Shown piece by piece: positions 12,660 through 24,400 of a DNA stretch of 64,000 bases. This DNA is from Catajapyx aquilonaris. Lineage: Eukaryota. Position numbers and translations under genes: made by a program. Under the pieces are notes generated by a model that searched no databases, was not told the DNA's origin, and saw nothing but the letters and a program-made list of their open reading frames with translations. The stretch covers positions 1-64,000 of the forward strand of contig KZ538938.1 in the NCBI GenBank assembly GCA_000934665.2, given 5' to 3'. The stretch's first letter is position 1. Each line of letters begins with the position of its first letter.

Positions 12660-13365
12660 TAGGGCAATTCATATGGTATTCAAACTTAGTGAGTGCAAAG
12701 TTAAGTTAAAAACATATTTGACCAGCACGTTATATGTGCAAAAAAAAAAAAGTTTGGGTCACATATTTTGGCGCTATATACAATCATCTTGTGTGGGGAG
12801 TTTTATTATTATTCTTTCAATAGGTTTTACCTTGGTTTTACCTTAGGAGAGTGTTGACAGCTGGTAGGCAAATGTGGGTATCAGTACACAGAGAATGGGT
12901 ATCGGATCTTACTCAAAGAAAATCGCCAGGGACAGATATTATACGTATTTGCTGGGGGACTGGATCGTTTCGTTGCCTGGAAGCCAGACATCCAAAAATA
13001 TGTAAAAGGTACAGACGATCACGTCACAAGGTCAAAAAACGATTGTGTTCCAGCGAAACCTGATGTCTGAAAAATTGCCCTCGTTTTGTTTTATATCTGG
13101 TTTTTCTCGGAAATGGTTGGTTGGTTCATATGGTATAGATGTGCGTTATGGCTCCGAAGAGCTTCAGAAGCCAAACAAGCTAACTCTGGCCAAGCAATAG
13201 TGAAGGAAGGAAGGCAGCCTAAATTAGTATGACAGATCGCAAAGTTTTTCGGTGCCGGTATGCGTTTTCTGTAGATTTCAAGAAAACTCTCCGGTAGAGT
13301 CTTAATCAGCGCTTCAGTTGTTTGACCATACGACCTTTGAGCTATATAGCAGGCTACACACGTAC

Positions 13366-13762
13366 CAGTACCGTTCATAAAGAATGGTACGACTCTATAT
13401 GGACGAAATGTTTATCCTGTTCTCAACCCCTGGGTCGCTAGCATGTTTCAAGGGGTCATGAGGAAGTCCGGGAAAAGGGAATCAAAATAATAATAAAATA
13501 GAAGAGAAAAAAACAAAGCAAAGCAGGAAAATTTTAGGGGGGAAATTCACATCAAATCTACGTAAGCATTGCACCTGGTTGAACATTTTGGTAATTAAAA
13601 TTTTTATTTTAAAATCGGGATGGGTCATACGCGTCACCAGAAGTCCAGAAAAGGTTGTCCATGTAGGGTTTCGTCGAAATAAGGTTGGGAATAATGATTG
13701 ATAATAATCAGGATAAACATTTCGTCCATAGAGTCGTATACCATTCTTTATGAACGAGACTG
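13366..13762. mobile_element. Tc1/pogo-like MITE, ~50-bp TIRs
   Basis: cagtaccgttcataaagaatggta...gaaatgtttatcctg is inverted at caggataaacatttc...ccattctttatgaacgagactg|TA. Confidence 0.7.
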
Positions 13763-14265
13763 TACAGTAGGCCTACTACATCGCTCATAAAAATTGAGCT
13801 GATATTGAATTTCGCGTCAATGCAAAATCTTATCGTTCTTTTTGAGCTATATTTACATATCTTGCGATAAGACAGCTACTCCAATGTCTTAATATTGGAG
13901 GGGGTGGGGAGTATTTCTGATTTCTGATTTCTGATCAAGAGAATATTATAATTATACAGTTTAATACGTATATTCTCTACTAACTCTCGGCCTATTGGCG
14001 TATGTCTTGTAATAGACATAATTATTTGGAGTTATTCATCTTGCACATAATCCTTCGGCACCTTCGTCACAGGAAAATATTGCGATATGTTTGAGACCGA
14101 AAGGAGAACGTCAAGTTACGTCAAATAGGTTCTGCGGTTTTATCATTACATGATCCCTCTTTTTGACACTGTCGTACTTTGCGAGGATGATTAGTATTAC
14201 ATTCACATAAATGCCCTAAACCTCCCTAAACTCTCTTTAGCTAATCAGGACAGCTTGGAAAGAAC

Positions 14266-14326
14266 CAGGCGCGGATCCAGGGGGGGGGGGGGGNCCCCCC
14301 TGAAAACATTTCTGGATCCGCGCCTG
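14266..14326. mobile_element. Very small hAT-type MITE
   Basis: TIR caggcgcggatccag / ctggatccgcgcctg; 8-bp TSD gaaagaac on both sides; one N inside. Confidence 0.85.
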
Positions 14327-15486
14327 GAAAGAACACACTCTTTCATGACGTAAGAGAGCAATAATTGACCAACTCAATTTGAGGGACAACTTCAACGTAA
14401 CTTCCAAGTTGTGAAGGAAATACTCAATTTCAGCAGCAATATGTTATAATTATTGTAATTTATCGTACCCGAAGAATAACCGATAACTCGCAACATCTTT
14501 TCAAAAAGTGGTAGGCCTACATCTGGCGACATTTCACATCCCTTCATGGGGCTGCCTCCTGCCTGATCGCCACGTGTTTACCATTCCTGACCTACTCATG
14601 TGAGTGGAAAAGTCAGCTCGGATTTACTTTTCAGTGTACAAGACAGTGTTTTATAAAAATTTAAAGTACAGTTACTCAAGATTCATTCATGTACGTGTGA
14701 TAATTATTGTAATGGATAATTATTCAGAATAAAATCTAATTACTCTATTAAGTTATACTAACCCGACATGGCGTAAAACCTACCCTTCCCTGATGATATT
14801 GACACAACCGCAGTAAATACGGTATACGGAGGGTGTCCATTACTGGGGAACGCGGGGGCACGAGTGGTGTCCATAACTAGAACAGCCATCATTTTGGGTG
14901 TCCATAACTGGAGCATTATTTTGCACACTTGCAGCCTGTTTAATGTGGCACGAGTATGCATAGGATGAAAGAGCAAGTCTGGACAATTCGAACTATATAT
15001 TTTTCGAGGAATTCTTAAACCAATTCCTCTAGAAAGAGTGCCCGACGTAAATATTTTTACCTCCACTGGAACACTTACCTTAATAAAAAGAAGGTTTACT
15101 GTCATTCCCGGATGTGTAAGTCAGGTAAAGTGCCGTTGTTTAACTTTATATCGTGAAAATATGATTTTGTGCAGGGATTCCGGATTTGCAGAGCGCGCTG
15201 TGTTCCTCGTTCAAGAACAGCGCCATATTGGATTAGTAACTGTGGGAACAGACTGAACCGGACAGAACCGATGAATGACCATCTGCTATCTTCGTAGGTG
15301 TAGTCTGCTGTGTGTGAAACTGCCACTGTCCTTTGGTCAGGTGTGCAATAAAGGGAAATATCACTGAGCAAGAAGTTAGGCTGTTGATCCTGCCGTAAGT
15401 GCACCTGTTACTTCTGTTACCTTGTTGTCCCATGTGTATGGTATGATACAGTGTTGTTTATGTAGGTACTACACACTGTAGCGACA

Positions 15487-18400
15487 ATGATGATCGGATC
15501 CTCGTACCAGCCTGCTGATGAGGCCCACCATGATGGTGATGGGCGCCATAAATTGGAAATTCGGGACAACCTGCAGGGAGAGGAGGAAGAGAATAGCGAT
15601 GATCTGGATGATGAAGTGTTCATTCGGGATGGACGCAATGGGTTCCGCACCTTGGATGGTGATGGAGTGAAGAAGCCCCTTATGGCTCCTAGGAGAAAGG
15701 TAGACTCTTAAGTGGATGATGGAGTAGATGGGAGCATATGCTGTTTATTGTTGAAGGTGGAAAGATTGCAGGAAGTGTCACACAATATGATGATCTGCAA
15801 TATATTTCAGCCCCTTCGGAATGGAAAAATGTACACAGAGATTCACCGGAAGCCACCATTTAGAGCTATCTGTGCACCTGTTTGCTATGGTTTAATAGCA
15901 TTGGGCGCACTTTTAGGTAAGCTTAGCTTCAACTAGCTCTCATAATTTCATAAATATATTTCAACTCTGTCAGTTATATAACGGAAGATCAAAGCATGCA
16001 TATTAAAAATATAGAGTTCATAATAGCAGCAAGTTTCAATTTAACCTTTTGACGACAGAGTTTTTGAGCCATTGCCTTACCCCAGGGCCTGAGTTCGTTT
16101 TCCCCTTTTCTGGAAATTTGATGAAGAGTGATATTAATGAATAATAGGACCGAAGCAGGTTGGCATAGTGGATAAGGCGTCCGACTGCTAATCGGGAGGT
16201 CCTGGGTTCGAATCCCGGGGCCGGCAACTCTGACCGTGGTTTTCTGTGGTTTCCCACGGTCCTTCCATGAAAATTCCGGAGTTGCTTCCGTAATTAATAG
16301 GCCACAGCCGCTTCCTTCCGTCCCTATCCTATCCCAAAAAGCGCAGTAAAATGAAAGCAAAGAGTTCCAGCAAAACAAAAACTTCCCCCCTAAAGAGCCG
16401 ACAGGCTGATAACGGGGTATGAATTATTATTATTAATGAATAATAATCCACGGACTGCCCGGATTACCTATAGTTACCTGATCAAAATGACCCTGTGACC
16501 CATTTTTGAGGGGGGGGGGGGGCAGAGGTCAAATTCTGACCTCACCTATTTCTTGAAATTCGGTGCATTGACATATGCCCCACTCCAATATGGGTCATTT
16601 TGAGCATGTACTTATGGTGCGTTTTTCATCCCTTGGGGTGGGCTACCGATGCACCAAATTTCAAGAAAATCGGTGAGGTTAGAATTTTACGAGTTGGAAC
16701 ATGTCCCTAGTTGTCAGGGCAAATCTTAAGACCTCATATGATGTCCGTAGTCTTCAAAGGGTTAAGATATCAGTAAGTTTCAGTTTAAGATATCAGCATT
16801 ATAACAAGATACAGTTGGCCCTTGGTTATCCACTCTCATTTTCCATGATTTCATATATCTGTTGTTTGAAAATATTAAGTAAATATTACATAAAACATTG
16901 CATATTAAAAACCCAACGTGTATTTTTTATTACACTACAGTACTGTATTGTTGTCACTATCCTCTTTTATTGTTTCTTATTTTTGTTGATGGCTGAACAT
17001 GTATAATAATTATGTAAATTAAACTGTACTAGAGGAATACAGGGTGAACCAACTTCAAGTGTCGTTTTATAATGGCGATTAATAGCAGTGATTTTGCGAT
17101 GACGTAGCAGCGACGTGTAAAATGTCCCACTTCGGCGCCATCGAAAATATTAGCTGCCAATAGCAGCACACATGTAATCAACCCTGCTGCTGGGTTGACC
17201 TGGAAAAAAGGAGGTGCACACATGACCTGCGATGCGCCTGGGTGAAATGAGTGACGTCCAAGGCACCAGATGGACCATGGACCTGTAATGCAAGGGGGAA
17301 GCCTGAAAACGAAACACAGCTAATATTTTCGATGGCGCCGAAGTGGGCCATTTTACACGTCGCTGCTACGTCAATCGTAAAGCGCTTCTATTAATAGCAG
17401 TTATAAAACAACACTTGAAGTTGGTTCACCCTGTATATGTGTGTTTAAAGCAATGTATTATATGGTGTTGGGTTTAACCAGAAGGAGGGGGGGGGGGGAC
17501 TAATTACTGCAGATAACCAGGGGCATGCAGTAATGCAAAATTATGTTATTGAACTGTGATGATGACGGATTCAGTGCACTGCTTTAGTCGTATTTTTTAC
17601 TATTTGCTACTCGTAGCTTCATAGCTACATAATCACTGGAAGCTTTTGGAAAAGCAGTTGGGTCATTATCAAATACTATTAACGCGCTTCGCTAATACGG
17701 GACACTTACTCTACAGAAAACTGGCGAAGCCGCCGCGCGCGCCATCTGTTGGCTCGGGGTGTTGTTAGCCCCTCAGCCCACAGCCACTAGTGCAAATACG
17801 TAAATGTTTTCCAATTTAAATTAATTATTTCACAGCGTTTACGTACATGACCCGTGCACCAAAAAATCAGAAATGATGTATATTAGGCCTACAGGTTAAG
17901 TATCCGGCTCTTTCGAGTGCTGACGCTCCATGCCACTAAGGAAAATGAAACGAAAGGGAAGCTACTTGTTTGGCTCTAATTACTCACATAAATGATAAAT
18001 ATCACGTAAGTGCTTAACAATGGATTGGTCAAACACTTCATACTGCTGATAAATGATGTCATGATATTCATGCCATATGACAGGCAGTGGTTGAACTTAA
18101 GTTAAGTGGAATTAAGTCGTACAGGTTTAAAAGAAACTCCAGGGAAGAATTCAACTAACGAGGTTTTAATTATTATGCTTTACTCAACATCAGTGCACCC
18201 TACAGTGGTGCGTATTAAATTCGCAGATAATTACAATGCATTTAAATCTCATCACACATCTCACATTCAATTTTTATAGGAATCACAGTAAAACTCTTGG
18301 ATATTGTCCACTCGTCTCTCTCTTCAAATTAAAATTGCAAATTGAAATTTGGTGTCCTATTGTTCGTGACTTACCTCAAAGATAGTTATACTATGGTTAT

Positions 18401-21400
18401 ACTATATGGTACACTTTTCAGGACATAGTAACAATAAATCATTTCATACGCAATTAACCCTTAACTACTTAGGTGGAGCCTGAGTGGCTCCCACGGTATA
18501 TATTTAAATTTTTGCTTATCAGCTAAATTGTTATATTGGACTTTTCACATACAGAAAGTGCAGTTCAGATTATTAGGCTTCCGATAACGTAAAATCACAC
18601 GCCGAGTCAGCATATTCCGACAGAAAAACGGGCCTTGTTTATGACTTAATTACATCACGTTTAAATATGGTTGAAGCCACTCAGGCTCCACCTAAGTTGT
18701 TAAGGGTTAATTGCGTATGAAATGATTTATTGTTACTATGTCCTGAAAAGTGTACCATATAGTATAATGATCAAGGTCCACGTTTTGTCAAAAATGAGTT
18801 ACCATCTCAGAAAATAGTTTCGCTACAGTAGAATATGATTGTTTGGTTGTGGTTGTGGAGTAATTATCATAGGCCATTATGGAAGGTCCCGAAAGTGGGA
18901 TTTACAATAGAACCTTATGGGGCTTCAAAATTTGAAATGTCAATATCTCAGTTTCACCTGAGGTGGACCTTGATCGTTCTTACCCCAAGGTTTTCAGTTA
19001 GTCTATGAATTTGATGGACATCTCTTGTACTACTATCCACATGCTCCAATTAGGGCATTTTAAATGACTCTGTCAGAGTTACGGCGACCTGACCATAAAG
19101 GCCCTGCGCCAACATTTTAAATGATTGTAGCATATTTTTAGAAACGAATGAATTTAACTTAAAACCTTTGTGAAGTGGTTGTTTATCCCAACATCCAACA
19201 TATGGTGTACAGTATTTCTCCAAGCAGCTCATGAGTTTTGTTACCAGGGTTGTTCTGTACATGCACCATACCATCAAAACCATAATTATAATGTATGATG
19301 TGTTCTGTGAATTTACTGCCATTGATGAGGTGGTTGTATTGATTTATTGGAAATAGTGATTGAGTAATGATCATTAGGTTAATACGCCAATTAAGGAATT
19401 AATATTCAAGATGGGTGCATAACTGCGTATACAATTTTACATTATTTTATAATGTTGGGGTTGGAAATAATGGTCAGTACTTTCAATGCATTTTTTTTTT
19501 TTTTTGCGAATTGCTTTATGTCCAAGGGTGTTCCTTGTCAGGATATACCCAGTTAATTTATATTAATATTGATTTTCATTGTGATATATTGTGTTGATTG
19601 GCTTATCTTTAATTTTCCACAGGTTTTATTATCCTCGTGGTTTTTCTGGTGAAGTATTTGACTTCTCCATTCAGTCTGATAGGCCTTTGGAAGAAGGTTC
19701 CTGAGAAAGTCATTCTACCTTGCACTGATGTGCAAGTGGAAGATGTGTGGGTGAAAAACTTTCCAAAACTACTCACAGAATCTGCATTCAGGTTACTAGA
19801 TACCAACCAGGATGGGGTTCTGGATGTTGTGTTTGGATACGGAACAGGTTTGAGGAAAAAAATGCACCCTCTCAGTGTAGTTGGTTTGTTTTGCTTCATG
19901 TCACCAATTTTTTCAGGTTCATATTTGCAAGGCCATTTTTCATTTGAGTTTTGCTCAGTGTGAGTTTTTGCTTGGTTCTAGTTCTCTTTGAGTTGAAATA
20001 TGGTGAGTTTGTTTCATATTATTGAAGTGCATCATAATGTTTCAGGTGCTGATGGATATCAGGTACCAAAATTTGTGTGTGATATTTACTTTGGAGGCCA
20101 GAAGCCTTGTTTTGGCGGTGTTCTGGCCCTAGATGGAAACACTGGAGAGGAACTCTGGCGCCATTGGACTGATCATGAAGTTTTTGCACTCAATTGCAAT
20201 GCCGACTTTAATGGGGATAAGGTTAATGATTGCCTTGCAGGTGGCAGAGCAGGGGTAAGAAACATTTCTCAGTACTCTGTATAACAGCTGTTCGCAAAGT
20301 TGTCATTATACGAGGGTTGGATTTTAAATAGTGGCAACGCTGCGATAGTTTCAAAAGAAAGCCTTAATTAACAAATTTGTTATATACATTCCTTCAATAT
20401 AGTTGTCCCAGCACTCCATGACCCTTTTCCAGATATGTCATGTCTGGAAAGTAGGGAGGGTGCTGCAGTGTTTCCCACTGCCAACGAAGCAATAATTCTG
20501 TCACTGCAGCTGTGACATGGCAACGTGATAGGACTGGTCATGGGGCTGGTGTTCAGGAAATTCCTAGTCGCTTGCGTCGTATCGCTGGTCTTATATGGTG
20601 TTCCAAGTCGCCGTAATACTGGGCATTGTCATGGCCTCTCGCCACTTTGATCTTGAACCAAGAGCACTACTTCGATGGTCTAGCTTAGGGCAGGGCACAA
20701 GGATGAGGTCCCTTTGAATTACCCTGTCACCGTCACCAGTAGTACAATCGAGTCCAAACTTGACATGAACAAGCCCTACGTCTGCCTGGATCTCCCTTCT
20801 TGGGCAGAAGCCACAACCCCGTTTCCGTGTGCAAGGAGAACAGGGTTGCCTCTATTTAAAATCCAACCCTCATAGTAACACCACGTTTGAATGACAAATG
20901 GCAAGTTATTGTCAATGAACTCTCACGAGAATGAGCAGGGTGGACATGACAACACATTGTTCATTGAAACTGCAATAAAGAAATTAACTTGACAATATAT
21001 GGTCATGTAGCATGTGCATTTTTGGCCAAGATTTTAGCATTATAGATCACTTTTCTTAGTGTTAAATTTAATGAGAAACAATCTTTCAGCAATTGTCACC
21101 ACAATGTTTTTGCACCCTGCAGAAGCTCAGTGGGTTTGTCACCGGAAGTGGATTATGGAAGTTGGGTGGGTGGGGGGTGTAACTGAAATAGTGCAGTTTA
21201 GTGGAAGTATAACTTTGTGAACAGCTCCTGCACACACTTTTGTTGTTTTTAATTTTACTTCATGGAAATATAACAAGCATCTTGTGAATTTCATTAGTGA
21301 GATATACAGTAATTGAAGTAAGTGCTTCTCTACATGTACAATAATAAAATATTATTGCAGGTGTTTTGCACCATCAGTGGTAAAGATGGTTCCTTATTAT

Positions 21401-24400
21401 GGGAGTTTGGCCCTCAGAAGGCCAAGAACGACATAATGAATACCTACACCCCACAAGTTGTGCATGACATGGATGATGATGGAATTTTGGATGTTCTCAC
21501 TATCCATGGTGGTGATCCACTGGCAAATCCAGGTTGGGCCAAATGCTTGCAGCATGTAAATATAATCTCAACATGACACATTTTCAGGAAGCAAGTTCAG
21601 GTTGTCTGGTCGTCTGGTTCTGTTCAGTGGAAAAGATGGCAAAGTTATTCAGTGGGTTGGTACTCCTGATCAGGAAGAGAGTTATTATTCACCCCAGATG
21701 TTGGTGCATCCTGACGGAACTGAATACATCCTTTTTGGAACTGGTGGAGAAACTCACAGAGGTGGCTTGTATGTGCTAGCTCTTCATGACATGTATCAGG
21801 GAAAAGTTGAAAAGGTACAGTGACTTCTACATTCTTTGTCCACTTCAAATGCCAAAACTGGAGACACTTGGGGCTTATTTTGAGGCATATTTGGGTCATT
21901 CCACTCATGTTTGTACCAAGATTAGCCCTTGTTGCCTTGGATATCTTTCGAACTTTTAAACATGAAAGTACTCTGCCCTAAACAAACATGCCTGGAAAAA
22001 AATACTTTTGCCAGAGTGTGGGTGAGGGTTTAATTTGCGATGAAGATGTTGTGCAGTATCCAAAAAGTGAAGATATTTCCCTTAATATCGACCATAGACA
22101 TGCTGCACGAAACCTTGAATTACAATGGGAGATGGGCATTTTATGTGAGTGAAAAAGTATATATTCACTATATGAACGCTGAAGGTGCAGCATGCCTATC
22201 CCACCTGGCCATGTCTTGAGCGAACATGCGCATAGCTGGGATCAGTCAACAGGTTTAATTCGGTGCCAGCATGGTGCATCTTTTTATCACCCACATCAAA
22301 ATTTCAACGAGATAATAAACACAGAAGACTCTATTACAGATGTCTTTTAAAAAGGGACTCATGTCCTCTAGAGAAATGGTGTCAGGACACAATTTTTAGT
22401 GACAAATAATGATTGGAGTATAGCATCTCCCAGAGGGTTTGGACCATATAAAACAATAGCCATGTATGTATGAGGGTTGGAGTGTAAATATTGGCAACAC
22501 ATCTGTAGGAAAGTCTATCGTTTATCCGCACCTAGCGAAGCGTCGGGGTTGGTAAGGCGTGGTGGGCTCCACACGTTGGCTACGGGTCGCAAACAATCGG
22601 TTTCCGGGAGAGCACAACAAAGGGCGTCTTGTAACCCCTGCCACGCGAACTGATCTGACGAGTGCTAGGACCACAGTATTAATGAAGGAGGTGGGCAATA
22701 TGAAAGCCATGATGGTTGCTGCAGTCCGTTAACCCAAAGAACGACACGCCATCAAGCAACCGTGAAGGCATTCGAATTTGGCTGGCAGCATTATCAAGGC
22801 ACCCGATTGTTTGCGACGCAACGTTGCCAACTGTCGGGAGGCCCCCTGCCCGCCCAACTCCGACCGCGTTGTTAAGGTGCGGATAAACAATAGTTTATCC
22901 CATCTGTATTATAGCAGTGAAATACAGGAAGCTTCTGCTGCTTGTTCCACAGAAAGATTTGGTCCTTATATTACCAGGGGGCAGGGGGAAATTGGATCAC
23001 CCCACCATCACATTTGAGTCTATAGTAATGAGAAGAACATGAACTGTCGCAACCAGTCTGTATATTCACAATGTTTTTGATATATTGGAGCAGTGGTGCT
23101 GGGTAAATATTGAAATTCAGAGGACATACAGTACTAGAGTGTCATCAAGGACTTATAGAGGCTTGTGGGTCATCTGCCCATGGCCTATCCTTCTTCACCA
23201 GTGTGGAAACAGCAATCACTTGCTCCTCATTTGCACTGGGACATCTGGGACTGTTTCAGGCTCATCTGTCACATTTTGTCTTCCTTGATGGAATGCTTTT
23301 GCCCACCTTGTAGTCATTCTATGTGGTAATACAGATGCCCCACAAGCCTCTACAAGGCCTTGATGACATTCTCTGGACCAATTTCAATTTTTATCAAGCT
23401 TGTGCTCCAATTTCGAAAGCATCATGAATAGACTGGCTGGTCACGACAGCTGGTGTTCTTCTCATTACGGGGCTTCCACATATTACGTAACAGGATTTAG
23501 GGGGGGNCCGTTACATGGGGGAGGGGGGGGGGGGAGTTGGGTAGCCGTTACGTAACGCATTTGAATGCACTGTATTAATATTCCGAGTGCAACTCAGCGT
23601 GGCCCACGTGGCTGCGTCGTCCGCTACCCACTGAGTGACGCCTCACAGTTGTCCAAATCGGTAAAAAACATGCGAAAAAAGCTATTTATGAGTCTTTTCG
23701 TAGGAACTTGACAACCTCACAATTTTTATGCAAGGTATTTATGTGAGTCACATGTTGTACTACTTGTTGATTCCATACCTATTGCGTGACAATTGTTCCA
23801 GGGTCTCAAAGTCATAGAAAAATGACATTTTTGTTCTGACTATTTTCTCTTTTATATAAAACATGCCCATATTGTAGCTTTAAAAATATGCACCTGTACG
23901 TAACGTAGTTTGTTAATTTTTGTCGTTTTTTCTTCTGAAATACGGGCGACGCGGTGCCGTAGTGGTTTAATATTATAAAGTCCCCCTCCTCCCACCTCTG
24001 GGGTCCCAGGTTCGATCCCCGTATTGGGCCAAGGATTTCCCATATGGGTTGAGTTTCGATGGAGTTCTCTCCGCATTTGCGTGGGTTTTATATCGGGGTT
24101 CTCCCATTATAAATTCCATCCCACACTCCAAAAACTGTCTGTCCCCTCCCCCTTTCTTTCGCCCTCCACCCACCCTCCCAAGAGCCGCACAGCCTGAGTC
24201 GCCTCGGCTTCCCCTTTTTAAACAAATCTTCTGAAATACAGACCATTTCTGTCTATATTAAATTTTAGTATCGGTACAAAAGTGTTCTTTTCTTTCACAA
24301 GTACAGTAGTTTTACAGTAAACATATTCTTAAAATTATTGCCTTGGTTTTATATACATGAAACACGTGGGGCTCGTTCTGAAGCACGAAATTTTAAAAAT

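Noticed and set aside
12662..13080. Another Sola-like MITE (gggcaatt ... aattgccc)
   Set aside because: Only 8 bp match and no 4-bp TSD.
15074..15130. Divergent non-coding first exons for GNPAT and FAM234-like around a CCGGATGT motif
   Set aside because: Donor-like sites exist on both strands but cannot be verified without transcripts; the DRE at 11701 suggests a nearer GNPAT promoter.
16147..16225. tRNA gene
   Set aside because: A/B boxes continue into a non-tRNA body with tail and TSD, and a second copy exists; it is a SINE head. The same applies at 6434 and 23944.
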